Assembly (NCBI GenBank): GCA_012837425.1
Contig: DURE01000022.1
Location: 21,067 to 85,066 of the forward strand
Direction of reading: 5' to 3'
Source: Clostridiales bacterium
GTDB lineage: Bacteria > Bacillota > Clostridia > Oscillospirales > CAG-272
DNA length: 64,000 nt
Part shown: positions 28,147-38,423 of the stretch, in pieces
Layout: each line of letters begins with the position of its first letter
How positions within the stretch are numbered: position 1 is the first letter of the stretch
Position numbers and translations under genes: made by a program
Notes under the pieces: generated by a model
The model's input: only the letters and a program-made list of their open reading frames with translations
Databases searched by the model: none
Told to the model about the DNA's origin: nothing

Positions 28147-30039
28147 TTACCCTTTGTAAACACCCGGCAGAATCTCGTCGCCGTATTTTTCTCTGGCGGC
28201 GGCAATTTTTGCAATGGCCGCATCCCAGTAGTCGAATATTTCCTTTGGTGTGTTGGGGTCGGTCTTGGCAAAGAAAGCCTTTGTGCGCCCGAGTTTCTCT
28301 ATCCACTTAGTGCAGCGGAAGGTGAAGAGATAGTCATATGTTTCCCTGGCGAAGTCCTCATTTAAATACTTATCAAAGAGCATAACAAGGTCTTCATACT
28401 TCGGAATCTTACCGGTGGGTGTCTCATAGGCGTCAAACTCGCCGTGAATCCGCCCCTCGGCCCAGTGCAGCCATACCTTCTTTGCGAGCTTGCCGGTGAC
28501 GAATTTCCCATCGGGGCCGCGCATGAAGTAGTTGGTACTAAATATCTTCGGGACCTCGCGCATCCCCTCGGCGAACCTTATATTGTTGATTGTATACTGG
28601 CTGAGCGGGTACGAAACAAAGTCGATATTGGCCATGGGGTTTGAGACCCTGACTCCCTCGGCGCCGAGCGTGGCGCTTGTGGTCTCGGACTCAAGCGTGC
28701 AGGCTTTGAGAAGTATGCCGTCCTTCCAGCTTGGCGATTCTTCAACAGGGACTGTGGTGTCGCTGTCGCGGCCGCCATAGAGTATGCCCTCGACCATCAC
28801 TCCGGTTTTGGACTCAAAGCCCTCTTTGTCTATGTTGTCAAGATAGTCAAGCCGCATGGTGTAGCGGGCATTTCCGTGTGCTATGTCGACCACGTTTCCA
28901 TCTGAATCCTTTACGCCCCGGTGCCACTTGCCGAAGTGGTTGCGGCCTAGCTCGGGCGCCTCGACACCCATGCCCAGCCAGTAGGGCATACCGTCGGGAC
29001 CCATCAAGACATTCGAGAAGATGACCTCCTGGTCCTTCATCAGGTTTTTGAAAATTACCGGGTCATCCTTGGCGTTGACGTCCTTGATGATGCCGAACAT
29101 CCCGCTCTCGACGTTGACCGCGCGGAATTCTCCGTCTATGTTGCGGAAATATGCGATGTCGTCGCCGACAATCAGCTCGCCGGGGATCATGGCGGTTGAG
29201 GTCTTGCCGCAGGCCGAGGGGTATGCGCCGCAGAAATAGGTCTTGCGGCTTTTCTCCTCATTGACAGCGGCCATGACGAACATGTGCTCGCAAAGCCAGC
29301 CCTCCTGCCCTGACTTGTTAATAGCCAGGCGCATGGAGTGCTTTTTCAGACCAACCGAGTTGCCGGCGTACTGGTTGTTCATCGAATAGACGATATTGTT
29401 CTGGGTGTCGATATAGACCCTTCTTTTGTCAAGGTCAACCGAGTTTTTGTTCTCGTCGAGCCGGCCGGCCGAGTGTATGAAGCGGAAGAAGTCGTCCTTC
29501 TCGGAGTCCTTCATCTTTAGGAAATGATTGTAGGCCGAGCGGTAGAGGATGTATTCCGAGTGAGCGACATACCAGCTGTCGGTAAACTGCACGCAGGGTA
29601 TGGTAAAGGGACTCTCTGTCGGGCCCTCCGAGAAAAAAAGCACGACGGCCTGCTTGCCCCTCATAATGCCGGCCGATATATCAAGAATTTCCTTGAGGCC
29701 GGTCTCATACTCAAGCGAGTTGAGGGCCTTCATGCGCTCAAGGTTTTCTTTATACACAAGATACTTTGTGGCGTTTTTGTCGCGGCCCTGGTCGTTGTAG
29801 CTATCCCAGTGTACTGTGTGGTTGGGATAGCGCATGGCCGTCTCCTCGCCTAGTGCCAGCGCCTGCCGGCGCACATATTGCATGTCTTCTTCGCTGTCGT
29901 TGCAGACGTATATCGAGTCGGGGTCGCAGTGCTCAGCGAAAAAGCCGATGAATTCCATGACTTTCGGGTTGCTCAACGCGACAAGTCTATTATAGCTCTC
30001 AGAGCTCATTTTGCTCCTGAGCAGCTTTTCATATTCCAT
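28147..30039 (-). CDS. pck: phosphoenolpyruvate carboxykinase (GTP)
   Basis: 630 aa from ATG 30039 (AGGAG 8 nt upstream; the track start at 30048 is a GTG inside the RBS). Kinase-1a-like motif YPSACGKTSTAM. The length and blocks are typical of GTP-PEPCK. Confidence 0.9.
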   Translation of the reverse strand: MEYEKLLRSKMSSESYNRLVALSNPKVMEFIGFFAEHCDPDSIYVCNDSEEDMQYVRRQALALGEETAMRYPNHTVHWDSYNDQGRDKNATKYLVYKENLERMKALNSLEYETGLKEILDISAGIMRGKQAVVLFFSEGPTESPFTIPCVQFTDSWYVAHSEYILYRSAYNHFLKMKDSEKDDFFRFIHSAGRLDENKNSVDLDKRRVYIDTQNNIVYSMNNQYAGNSVGLKKHSMRLAINKSGQEGWLCEHMFVMAAVNEEKSRKTYFCGAYPSACGKTSTAMIPGELIVGDDIAYFRNIDGEFRAVNVESGMFGIIKDVNAKDDPVIFKNLMKDQEVIFSNVLMGPDGMPYWLGMGVEAPELGRNHFGKWHRGVKDSDGNVVDIAHGNARYTMRLDYLDNIDKEGFESKTGVMVEGILYGGRDSDTTVPVEESPSWKDGILLKACTLESETTSATLGAEGVRVSNPMANIDFVSYPLSQYTINNIRFAEGMREVPKIFSTNYFMRGPDGKFVTGKLAKKVWLHWAEGRIHGEFDAYETPTGKIPKYEDLVMLFDKYLNEDFARETYDYLFTFRCTKWIEKLGRTKAFFAKTDPNTPKEIFDYWDAAIAKIAAAREKYGDEILPGVYKG

Positions 30040-30266
30040 AACAAACACTCCTTTGATAATACGATACTTAAATTATAACACTTGGCATTTTTGTTTGTCA
30101 ATTATTATAATATGAGAAAAGAATGCGGTTTTGGCACCGGTATTTATGGAAAATGAATATTAAAATAAAAAACCTGCAAATTTGCAAGCCACAAGGCCGG
30201 TTTTTTCGGTATAAGCGGCCATATCATGAAATAATAGAATTACAAAGCTTCACAAGCGAGGCCTTG

Positions 30267-31463
30267 CTAAAACCCGGGCGGCTCGGCCTGCGGGAGGAAT
30301 TCGCCGAAAACATCGGTGAATAAATCCCGGCAGTAGGCGTAGGAAAAGAGAGGGTCGCGCTCGCGGACAAAGGAGTTGGCGACGGCCAGCGCCTCGGAGT
30401 AGTCCGAGAAGGGGTATACGGTTATCCCGGCATAGCCGCCTGTAAGGTGTGTGACAAGCGGAACAACGCAGGCGTCCTTTATTGTCACAATTCCCTCTTC
30501 GTCTTTTTCGATTGTGATCTTAGCCATGCCCCCGAGCATCCGGCTGCAGACCCCGGCCCCGCGCTCGGCGGTCGAGTTTACAAAGTTGCCGAGCGAAAAA
30601 TAGACCAGCATTTTGTGCCCATCGTCTCTTGAAAACCACTTCACCGGCTGGATTACGTGCGGGTGGGTCCCGATGACAAGGTCGGCGCCGCATTCAAGGA
30701 AAATCCGGCACCAGTGCTTTTGCTCCTCGGAGGGTTCATGCAAATATTCTGCCCCCCAGTGCGGACATATGACAACAAAGTCGGCGAGCTCACGCGCCCG
30801 CGCGGTGTCTGCCCTGACCTTTTCCTCGTCGAGCAAGCTGACAATATAGGGCATGCCGGCCGGGGGGGAGATTCCGTTTGTGCCGTAAGTATAATTCAGC
30901 ACGGCAACCCTCAGCCCGCTGCGCTCGACAATGCAGATTTTGGAGGCTTCCTGCTCGGTGAGTGCGGTGCCGACTATCCTTACATTGGGGTAGTACTCGG
31001 CCCAGTATTCGCGGCAGATGCGCACGCCCTCCTCGCCCCGGTCAAGCGTGTGATTGGTCGCCTGGAGCACCACGTCAAACCCGGCCTCGGCCACCGCGTC
31101 GGCCACCTGTTGCGGGGCGTTGAACATGGGGTATCCCGACAGCCCGAGCCCCTCCCCGGCGAGCGGGGTCTCCTGATTGATAATGGCAATGTCGGCTGAG
31201 GATATTTCGTCTCTGACACAGGTGAAAAGGTGACTGAAGTCGTAGCTGCCGTCGGGGGCCTTGCCGCTCTCCTGCACCAGCCGGTGCATGAGCAGGTCCC
31301 CGACCATGACAATAGTGACCTCCTCGTCGTCAAACTCATCTGCCGGGGTTTCAGCCCTAATTGTCTCGGGCTGAGGCTCCGGGGGGCAATCTGCGCCGGC
31401 GGCGCAGGCGCCAAGGCAGGTTAAGAGCAGTATCAGGCATACTAATTTTATCGTTGTTTTCAT
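30267..31463 (-). CDS. CapA/PGA_cap family metallophosphatase-like lipoprotein
   Basis: 398 aa with lipobox LLTCLGAC. Contains MVGDLLMH, ADIAIINQETPL and VLQATNHTLDRG, typical of CapA-family proteins. Confidence 0.8.
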   Translation of the reverse strand: MKTTIKLVCLILLLTCLGACAAGADCPPEPQPETIRAETPADEFDDEEVTIVMVGDLLMHRLVQESGKAPDGSYDFSHLFTCVRDEISSADIAIINQETPLAGEGLGLSGYPMFNAPQQVADAVAEAGFDVVLQATNHTLDRGEEGVRICREYWAEYYPNVRIVGTALTEQEASKICIVERSGLRVAVLNYTYGTNGISPPAGMPYIVSLLDEEKVRADTARARELADFVVICPHWGAEYLHEPSEEQKHWCRIFLECGADLVIGTHPHVIQPVKWFSRDDGHKMLVYFSLGNFVNSTAERGAGVCSRMLGGMAKITIEKDEEGIVTIKDACVVPLVTHLTGGYAGITVYPFSDYSEALAVANSFVRERDPLFSYAYCRDLFTDVFGEFLPQAEPPGF

Positions 31464-31552
31464 GGCTTACTCTGTTTTTGCATCATTTGCGTTTTTTATA
31501 ATAGCATCTGCCCCGGCAGACAAAAAAATTCAGATTTTTTACCGAAAAACTC

Positions 31553-31583
31553 TTGACATTAACGTAACGTAATAGTTTACTAT
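31553..31583 (+). promoter_or_regulatory. MerR-type promoter with a 19-bp spacer
   Basis: TTGACA (31553-31558), 19-nt spacer containing the imperfect dyad ATTAACGT-A-ACGTAAT, then TACTAT (31578-31583). An over-long spacer is the signature of MerR-family activated promoters. Confidence 0.6.
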
Positions 31584-31601
31584 TAAGCAGGAGGTGTGAA
31601 A

Positions 31602-32366
31602 ATGGACTATACAGTGTCAAAACTGGCGAAAATGGCGGGGGTGAGCCGGCGTACGCTGCGGTTTTACGATGAGATAGGGCTGCTGAGTCCCGCCCGCGTG
31701 TCACAAAACGGGTATCGGGTGTACGGCCGGGCTGAGGTAGACCTTTTACAGCAGATTCTTATTTACCGCGAGCTGGGCGTGCCGCTCGAGAAAATCCGGA
31801 GCATTATTGCCGCGCCGGGGTTTGACAGGGCGGCGGCGCTGCGCGAGCACCTTACCGCGCTCAACGCCCAAAAAGCAAAAATCGAGTCGCTGATAAAAAA
31901 CGTGGAGCGAACAATAAGAGTTATGGAAGGAGAGATTGATATGTCAGACGAGGAGAAATTCGAGGGCCTTAAAAAGAAGCTCATTGAGGAAAACGAGAAA
32001 AAGTACGGCAGGGAAGTCCGGGAGAAGTACGGCGAGGACGCGGTAAAGGAGTCTAACCGGCGGCTTGCCGGAATGACACCCGGGCAGTGGGCGCGGCAGG
32101 AGGAGCTCTCGCATAAAATTGCCGGGCTGCTTGCCCGCGCGATGGAAACAAACGACCCCGGCTGCCGGGAGGCGCAAAAGGCCTGCGAGCTGCACAGTGA
32201 GTGGCTCTGCATGTTCTGGAAACCCGGAACATACTCAAAGGCGGCGCACCGGGAGCTGGCGCAGATGTATGTCGAGGACGAACGCTTTCGGGAAAATTAT
32301 GAAAAAATCAAGCCCGGCTGCGCCGAGTTCTTCAGGGATGCAATTGATATTTACTGCGCCGAATAA
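31602..32366 (+). CDS. MerR family transcriptional regulator with a TipAS-like C-terminal domain
   Basis: 254 aa from ATG 31602 (AGGAGG 7 nt upstream). The N-terminus YTVSKLAKMAGVSRRTLRFYDEIGLL is a MerR HTH. The C-terminal half resembles the TipAS antibiotic-recognition domain. Confidence 0.85.
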   Translation: MDYTVSKLAKMAGVSRRTLRFYDEIGLLSPARVSQNGYRVYGRAEVDLLQQILIYRELGVPLEKIRSIIAAPGFDRAAALREHLTALNAQKAKIESLIKNVERTIRVMEGEIDMSDEEKFEGLKKKLIEENEKKYGREVREKYGEDAVKESNRRLAGMTPGQWARQEELSHKIAGLLARAMETNDPGCREAQKACELHSEWLCMFWKPGTYSKAAHRELAQMYVEDERFRENYEKIKPGCAEFFRDAIDIYCAE

Positions 32367-32367
32367 A

Positions 32368-32408
32368 AACACCGCCGGCAGGACAATGTCCTGCCGGCTG
32401 AATTTTAT
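32368..32408. terminator. bidirectional terminator between the merR-like gene and the ABC exporter operon
   Basis: GCCGGCAGG (32374-32382) pairs with CCTGCCGGC (32390-32398). The flanks are A-rich on the left and T-rich on the right. Confidence 0.75.
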
Positions 32409-32419
32409 ATAAGGCGTGC

Positions 32420-34348
32420 TTACTCCAGCTCAAAGACTCCGGTGTAGAGCTGATAATAGGTGCCCCTCTCGGCTATCAGCTTTTCGTGGCTGCCGCGCTC
32501 GATGATGCGGCCGTTCTCAAGGACCATAATCACGTCGGAGTTCATGACGGTTGAAAGCCGGTGAGCGATAACAAAGACTGTCCGCCCTTCCATGAGCTTA
32601 TACATTCCGCGCTGTACCGCCGCCTCAGTGCGGGTGTCGATTGAGGAGGTCGCCTCATCGAGAATCATGACCGGCGGGTCGGCCACCGCAGCGCGGGCAA
32701 TTGCGAGAAGCTGCCGCTGCCCCTGGGAAAGATTTGCACCGTTGTTTGTCAGCATGGTGTTGTACCCGTCGGGCAGGCGGGTGATGAAGTCATCAGCACC
32801 CACGAGGGCTGCCGCGGCGCGACAGTCGTCGTCGCCGGCGTCAAGCCGCCCGTAGCGGATATTTTCCATAATAGTGCCCGAGAAAAGGTCGGTGTCCTGC
32901 AGGACTATGCCGAGTGAGCGCCGCAGGTCGGCCTTTTTTATTTTTTTTATGTCTATGCCGTCGTATGTTATCTGACCGTTGGCCTCGTAAAAGCGGTTTA
33001 ATAGGTTGGTTATGGTGGTTTTGCCGGCACCGGTCGCGCCCACAAAGGCCACCTTCTGGCCGGGTCTGGCGTAGACCGATATCTGGTGGAGCACCGGCTT
33101 GTCGGGCTCGTAGGCAAAATCCACATTGACAAGCTCGACATTCCCCTCAAGCTTTACATATTTTACGCCCCCGTCCTCCTGCGGGCACTTCCAGGCCCAG
33201 AGCCCGGTGCGGACCGGGGACTCGGAAATCTGCCCGTCGCCGCTGATTTTGGCATTGACCAGAGTCACCGGACCATCGTCAACCTCGGGCGCCTCAGCCA
33301 TGAGGGTAAACACCCGGTCGGCCCCGGCCAGACCCATAATAATTGAGTTCAACTGCTGCGAGAGCGTGTTTATATTGCCGGTAAACTGCTTTGTCATGTT
33401 GAGGAAGGGCACTATTATGCTGATGCCGAGCGGCATCCCCGAGAAGCTGAAATTCGGCACCTTTGCCAGCATGAGCAGGCCACCGACAAGTGCGACAAGC
33501 ACATACAGCACATTGCCGATATTGAAGATAATCGGCCCGAGCATGTTTGCATATGTATTTGCCCTGCGGCTGTCGAGGTAAAGAGCGTCGTTCAGCTCGT
33601 CAAAGCCGGCTTTACTTTCCTCTTCATGGCAGAAAACCTTGACCACGCGCTGACCGTTCATCATCTCCTGAATGTAACCCTCGACGTGCCCGAGCGCTGC
33701 CTGCTGCCGCACAAAGTAGCGGGCCGAGCCGCCACCCACCTTTCTTGACACAGTGACCATCGCGACAACGCCAAGCAGCAAAAGCAAGGTCAGCCAGCCG
33801 CAGTAGTACATCATTATGCCAAGCAACACCGAGACTATCATTCCCGACTTGAGGAGTTGCGGAAGCGATTGCGAGACAAGCTGACGCAGCGTGTCGATGT
33901 CGTTGGTGTAATGGCTCATGATGTCGCCGTGCTTGTGCGTGTCGAAATACCGGATAGGTAGGCTCTGCATACCGTCGAACATGGTGCGGCGCAGCTTAAA
34001 GAGAAAGCCCTGCGTGATGTATGCCATGAGCTGCGTGTAGAGCAGCATTGAAAGCAGTGAGAGAAGGTAGAACGTGGCAAGAATCATTACCTGCGGGAGT
34101 ATAAGCGAGAAGGCGGTCTCCCAGTCACCCAAGGCATAGTTCTGCTCTATAATTTGGATTATCTTCTGTATAAAAAGCGAGGGAATAGCCGAGACCGCCG
34201 AGGAAAAGAGGATACAGGCCATAGTCACCGGGAGCAGGACCGGGTAAAACTTAAAAAGGGTTTTGATAAGCCGGGGGAAAGTGCCTTTTTTGGCCTTCGG
34301 CCTTGAGTGAGGCTTGGCACCCGGCATGGCCTTTGCTTCAGCCGACAT
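32420..34348 (-). CDS. ABC transporter, fused permease/ATPase (type I exporter), subunit B
   Basis: Start at ATG 34348 (GGAGG 8 nt upstream). Six-TM domain followed by an NBD with Walker A GATGAGKTT, signature LSQGQRQ and Walker B ILDEATS. Confidence 0.9.
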   Translation of the reverse strand: MSAEAKAMPGAKPHSRPKAKKGTFPRLIKTLFKFYPVLLPVTMACILFSSAVSAIPSLFIQKIIQIIEQNYALGDWETAFSLILPQVMILATFYLLSLLSMLLYTQLMAYITQGFLFKLRRTMFDGMQSLPIRYFDTHKHGDIMSHYTNDIDTLRQLVSQSLPQLLKSGMIVSVLLGIMMYYCGWLTLLLLLGVVAMVTVSRKVGGGSARYFVRQQAALGHVEGYIQEMMNGQRVVKVFCHEEESKAGFDELNDALYLDSRRANTYANMLGPIIFNIGNVLYVLVALVGGLLMLAKVPNFSFSGMPLGISIIVPFLNMTKQFTGNINTLSQQLNSIIMGLAGADRVFTLMAEAPEVDDGPVTLVNAKISGDGQISESPVRTGLWAWKCPQEDGGVKYVKLEGNVELVNVDFAYEPDKPVLHQISVYARPGQKVAFVGATGAGKTTITNLLNRFYEANGQITYDGIDIKKIKKADLRRSLGIVLQDTDLFSGTIMENIRYGRLDAGDDDCRAAAALVGADDFITRLPDGYNTMLTNNGANLSQGQRQLLAIARAAVADPPVMILDEATSSIDTRTEAAVQRGMYKLMEGRTVFVIAHRLSTVMNSDVIMVLENGRIIERGSHEKLIAERGTYYQLYTGVFELE

Positions 34349-36083
34349 GGTCCTCACCTCCCTTTATCTGCTGTGAGTAGATTTCGTGGTATATTTCGCT
34401 TGATTTAAGCAGCTCATCATGTGTGCCGCAGGCCACAATCCGGCCGCCGTCCATGACTATTATCCGGTCGGCGTCCATGACCGAGGCCACCCGCTGGGCA
34501 ATGATTATTTTCGTAGTCTCGGGCATATATTCCCGGAAATTTTTGCGGATCTGCGCGTCGGTTCGGGTGTCGACAGCGCTGGTCGAGTCGTCGAGAATCA
34601 GGATTTTCGGGCGTTTGAGCAACGCCCGCGCGATGCAGAGCCGCTGCCGCTGCCCACCCGAGACGTTGGTTCCGCCCTGCTCGATTACAGTGTTATACCC
34701 TTGCGGGAAGGAACTAACAAAACCATCGGCCATGGCAAACTTGCAGACCTTATGCAGTTCCTCGTCGGTGGCATTCTCGTTACCCCAGCGCAGATTGTCT
34801 TTTATTGTGCCCGAAAAGAGCAGGTTTTTCTGAAGCACCATCGAAACCTGACCCCGCAGCGCGGCGATGTCGTACCGGCGCACGTCAATTCCCCCGACCA
34901 AAACGCTGCCCTCGGTGACGTCGTAGAGGCGTGGGATGAGCTGCACCAGCGTCGATTTGCCCGAGCCGGTACCGCCAAGAATTCCGATTGTCTCGCCGGA
35001 TTTTATTTTAAGGTTTATGTCCGAGAGGGTGGGTCGCTCGGCGCGCTCAGAGTACTTAAAGCTCACCCCGGCAAACTCGACAGAGCCGTCGGGCACCACG
35101 GTTTTCGGGTTTTCGGGGTTCTTCATTGCCGGCTCCTCGTCGAGCACCTCGGCAATCCGCCGCGCAGAGGTCGCCGATATGGTAATCATAACATAAATCG
35201 CCGCCAGCGACATGAGCGAAAACAGTATCTGTGCGCCGTAGGTAAGCATGGCCGAGAGCTGGCCGACGTCAATATTCTGACCTCTCCCGGTTATGACTAA
35301 CTTTGAGCCAACCAGAAGTACAAATACCATATTGAAGTAAAAACAAATCTGCATGAGCGGGTTTGAGAGTGCCACAATGCGCTCAGCGCGGGTGAAGTCC
35401 CGCCGGATACCCTCGGCGGCCGCGGCGAATTTCTGTTTTTCGTATTCCTCGCGCACAAAGCCCTTGACCGTGCGCGCCGCCCTGACATTCTCGGCAATTG
35501 ATTCGTTGAGTGTGTCGTATTTGCCGAAAACCCGCCTGAAGGCCGGCATAGTAAACTTGGATATCAAAAAGAGCCCGAAGCCGAGCAGAGGGACGACCAC
35601 TACAAACATGGTCGCCAGCGCCCCGCCCATGATATTGGCCATTATTATCGAGAAAATGAACATCAGAGGCGCGCGGACGGCAATCCGGATTATCATCATG
35701 AAGGCCATCTGGACATTGCTCACGTCGGTGGTCATGCGGGTGACAAGAGACGAGGCCGAGAATCTGTCAATGTTCTCAAAGGTAAATGTCTGCACGCGGT
35801 AGTATATGTCGCGCCGCAGGTTCCGGGCAAATCCCGTGGAGGCTCTGGCGGCGGTAAGGCCGGCGGCGGCCCCGAAGAAAAGCGAAACGAACGCCATGGC
35901 GAGCAATATCCCGCCGTATTTCAGCAGAACCTCAAATTCGCAACCTGCCTTAATCTGGTTTATCAGCTCTGCCATGGCGTACGGAATCAGGCAGTCAATA
36001 ATCGCCTCGCCGGCGATAATCAGAGGGGTGAGTAGGGTGACGGTCTTGAATTCCCGTATGCTCCCGGTAAAACGCTTTAGCAT
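34338..36083 (-). CDS. ABC transporter, fused permease/ATPase (type I exporter), subunit A
   Basis: Start at ATG 36083 (AAGGAA RBS), 20 nt after the upstream stop. Walker A GGTGSGKST, signature VSGGQRQ, Walker B ILDDSTSA. An 11-nt overlap with the partner gene suggests a heterodimeric exporter. Confidence 0.9.
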   Translation of the reverse strand: MLKRFTGSIREFKTVTLLTPLIIAGEAIIDCLIPYAMAELINQIKAGCEFEVLLKYGGILLAMAFVSLFFGAAAGLTAARASTGFARNLRRDIYYRVQTFTFENIDRFSASSLVTRMTTDVSNVQMAFMMIIRIAVRAPLMFIFSIIMANIMGGALATMFVVVVPLLGFGLFLISKFTMPAFRRVFGKYDTLNESIAENVRAARTVKGFVREEYEKQKFAAAAEGIRRDFTRAERIVALSNPLMQICFYFNMVFVLLVGSKLVITGRGQNIDVGQLSAMLTYGAQILFSLMSLAAIYVMITISATSARRIAEVLDEEPAMKNPENPKTVVPDGSVEFAGVSFKYSERAERPTLSDINLKIKSGETIGILGGTGSGKSTLVQLIPRLYDVTEGSVLVGGIDVRRYDIAALRGQVSMVLQKNLLFSGTIKDNLRWGNENATDEELHKVCKFAMADGFVSSFPQGYNTVIEQGGTNVSGGQRQRLCIARALLKRPKILILDDSTSAVDTRTDAQIRKNFREYMPETTKIIIAQRVASVMDADRIIVMDGGRIVACGTHDELLKSSEIYHEIYSQQIKGGEDHVG

Positions 36084-36102
36084 ATATAAACAATTCCTTA
36101 CT

Positions 36103-36999
36103 TTAGCCTGAAGTGATGCGGCTGCGCTCGACAAGGTCAATCAGGTGCCCTCCGACCTCGGCCATAAAGCGCAGAGCCGTTGGGAAAAACTCGTCGTCAT
36201 AATTTCCGAGGAAGGAGCCCGCGGCCTCAAAGGTGAGGTCGCCGGTGTAGTCAATCTCGCCGAGCGCCCCGGCGATTTTGTCCCAGTGCATTTTGCCCAG
36301 GCCCGGAATGAGGTGCTGGTCGTCGCGGTAATTGTTGTCGTGGACATGCAGCGACTTGAGCCGGTCATGCCCGAGCGCGCGTATGATATCCTCGGCCTCT
36401 CCGGCACCCGCAATCAGCCCGACATGCCCGAGGTCAAGGCAGGCGACAATATACTCGCTGTCAAGCGTGTCTATGTAGCGGATAAATTCCTCGGCGCACG
36501 AGCAGGTGTCGTCGACCGGGTGCCGCCGCAAGGGGTCGGTCTGCCACATGTTCTCAATGGCGATTTTTACCCCGTACTCCCGGGCATACGGGATTAAGCG
36601 GCGGTAGTAGTTCATATTCAGCTCGAATATTTCCTCCTCACGCCCGGCAAACACAAAATGGTGCAGCGGGTGTACAACCGCAATTTCGGCGCCGAGGATG
36701 GCGGTTATCTCAAGCGAGCGGGTAATTTTAGGGAAAATTACATCCTCAAAGTTGGTATCCCAGTCCTTGAATTTAAAGGGAGCGTGGGTTTGATTAAATC
36801 CGATTCCGGCAGCAGCCGCGCATTTTCGGATGTATTCGGCCTCTTTGCGGTATTGCTCGCCCGACAGAGGAGCCTCGTCATTGCAGAGATGATGGAGCGA
36901 GTAGTCCATTGCCGTGAATCCGGCTTTTTTCATAAGCACGGCGGCCTTCTCAATCCCAAATCTTTTCTCGATGTAAGATGTGTTGTTTGACAGTTTCAT
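36103..36999 (-). CDS. sugar phosphate isomerase/epimerase (xylose isomerase-like TIM barrel)
   Basis: 298 aa with conserved His/Glu/Asp pattern blocks (VVHP, IAIENM, LDLGH, HVHDN) typical of AP_endonuc_2/TIM-barrel isomerases. Confidence 0.75.
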   Translation of the reverse strand: MKLSNNTSYIEKRFGIEKAAVLMKKAGFTAMDYSLHHLCNDEAPLSGEQYRKEAEYIRKCAAAAGIGFNQTHAPFKFKDWDTNFEDVIFPKITRSLEITAILGAEIAVVHPLHHFVFAGREEEIFELNMNYYRRLIPYAREYGVKIAIENMWQTDPLRRHPVDDTCSCAEEFIRYIDTLDSEYIVACLDLGHVGLIAGAGEAEDIIRALGHDRLKSLHVHDNNYRDDQHLIPGLGKMHWDKIAGALGEIDYTGDLTFEAAGSFLGNYDDEFFPTALRFMAEVGGHLIDLVERSRITSG

Positions 37000-37226
37000 A
37001 ATTCACCCAAAGAAAAGAAGCAGTTTGAATTAACACGAGGTTCCGGCTTCTATTTGTAAATTGTATATCTAATTGACATGCAAGTCAATACCAAAACCGA
37101 TTTTTCACCAAATTTACGATATGTCGTAGGCAGCCCCGGAAAGTTAATATTTATCGGTCATGGCGCATAAAGGCCGGGGGCGCCGTGTAATAATGATGTT
37201 GAAAGAAAATTTATGGGAGATGTGAT

Positions 37227-37322
37227 ATGAGCATCCTGGTGTTTTTGGGCGGAGCGATGTTCGGAGGTACTATAGGGACGCTGTTTTTGTGTTTCTTTAT
37301 AGCGGGCAGAGATGAAAAATGA
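37227..37322 (+). CDS. possible 31-aa hydrophobic micropeptide
   Basis: ATG 37227 is preceded by GGGAGATG. It translates to MSILVFLGGAMFGGTIGTLFLCFFIAGRDEK, a single TM helix with a charged tail. It is not in the ORF track because it is under 60 aa. Confidence 0.3.
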   Translation: MSILVFLGGAMFGGTIGTLFLCFFIAGRDEK

Positions 37323-37544
37323 TCGCATTTGGCGAAGGGGGGCGGATTTGGAACTTAAAATTTCAGCCCCGGCGCATAAATCCCCGTTATATACAAACAC
37401 TAACAGAGCAAGCAGAACCGCTCTAAAACAGCTCTTATAGGAGACGGGCTTTGCGGCGCTGCCGCCGGGTGTGAGGGCCGGAAAATCCGGTTCTACCGGG
37501 GCGCCTTAAAGCTTGAGATGCAAGAAAGGAATGGTCAAATATGT

Positions 37545-38102
37545 ATGAAAGCAACAGGAATTGTTCGTCGCATTGATGATCTGGGCCGTGTAGTAATTCC
37601 CAAGGAAATCCGCCGTACAATGAGAATACGCGAGGGAGACCCACTTGAAATATATACCGACCGCGAAGGAGAGGTAATATTCAAGAAGTATTCGCCGATA
37701 GGCGAGCTGGCTTCGTTTGCCGCACAGTATGCCGATACCCTCCATAAAACCTGCTCGCTGGCGGTGGTTATATGTGACAGGGACGCCGTAATAGCCTGTG
37801 CGGGTGTTCCCCGGAAGGAGTTTAACGACAAGCAGCTGTCCGATGAAATGGAGGCCATTATCGAGAGTCGCGCACTCTACATGTGGCGCGAGGGAGCCGA
37901 CAGGCTTCCGGCCATATCCGACAATGATAACTATTATATCAGCTGCGCCATGCCGATTATAAGCGAAGGGGATTTAATCGGCTGCGTGGCCTCTGTAGCG
38001 GATGTAAACGGTGAGCGTCCGCGGGATATTATCGGCAGCGAGGTCGAATCAAAGCTGATTCAGACCGCCGCGGGATTCCTCGGCAGACAGCTTGAAAGCT
38101 GA
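37545..38102 (+). CDS. spoVT: stage V sporulation protein T (AbrB-family regulator)
   Basis: 185 aa from ATG 37545. The N-terminus MKATGIVRRIDDLGRVVIPKEIRRTMRIREGDPLEIYTDREGEVIFKKYSPIGEL is almost identical in pattern to B. subtilis SpoVT. C-terminal GAF-like domain. Confidence 0.93.
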   Translation: MKATGIVRRIDDLGRVVIPKEIRRTMRIREGDPLEIYTDREGEVIFKKYSPIGELASFAAQYADTLHKTCSLAVVICDRDAVIACAGVPRKEFNDKQLSDEMEAIIESRALYMWREGADRLPAISDNDNYYISCAMPIISEGDLIGCVASVADVNGERPRDIIGSEVESKLIQTAAGFLGRQLES

Positions 38103-38260
38103 GCTTAATAACCGGCCGGGATAAAACCTCCCGGCCCTCGGCAGAATGCCGGGCATCAAAACTGGGGCTGTCGCAGATATCGCGGTTTTGGGACGGGAGA
38201 AATCCCGCCCCAAAACCGTATAAGCGCGCGGAGCGCTGTCCCCGTCCTGCTTTTTCTTCG

Positions 38261-38285
38261 GGAACTCCGCCCCTCTGCCCCCGCT
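38261..38285. repeat. GC-rich intergenic repeat, copy C (core only)
   Basis: GGAACTCCGCCCCTCTGCCCCCGCT resembles copy A (GGGACTCCGCCCCGCAGCCCGCT). A strong nearby hairpin lies at 38184-38217 (GGTTTTGGGaCGGGA/TCCCGCCCCAAAACC). Confidence 0.5.
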
Positions 38286-38423
38286 TTGTGGCGCGCCGGG
38301 TCGTCGCGCCCAAAAAAATATTGTGCGGGCAAAGAAATGAACATAAATAATTGAGGTTGTATAATAGCAAAAGCCCGTCCGGGACTCGGGCGGGCCCATG
38401 CAAAAGGAAATGCAATATGAAGG

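Noticed and set aside
34419-35300. A 293-aa ORF antisense to ABC exporter subunit A.
   Set aside because: It is a shadow ORF opposite a CDS with unambiguous Walker A/B and signature motifs.
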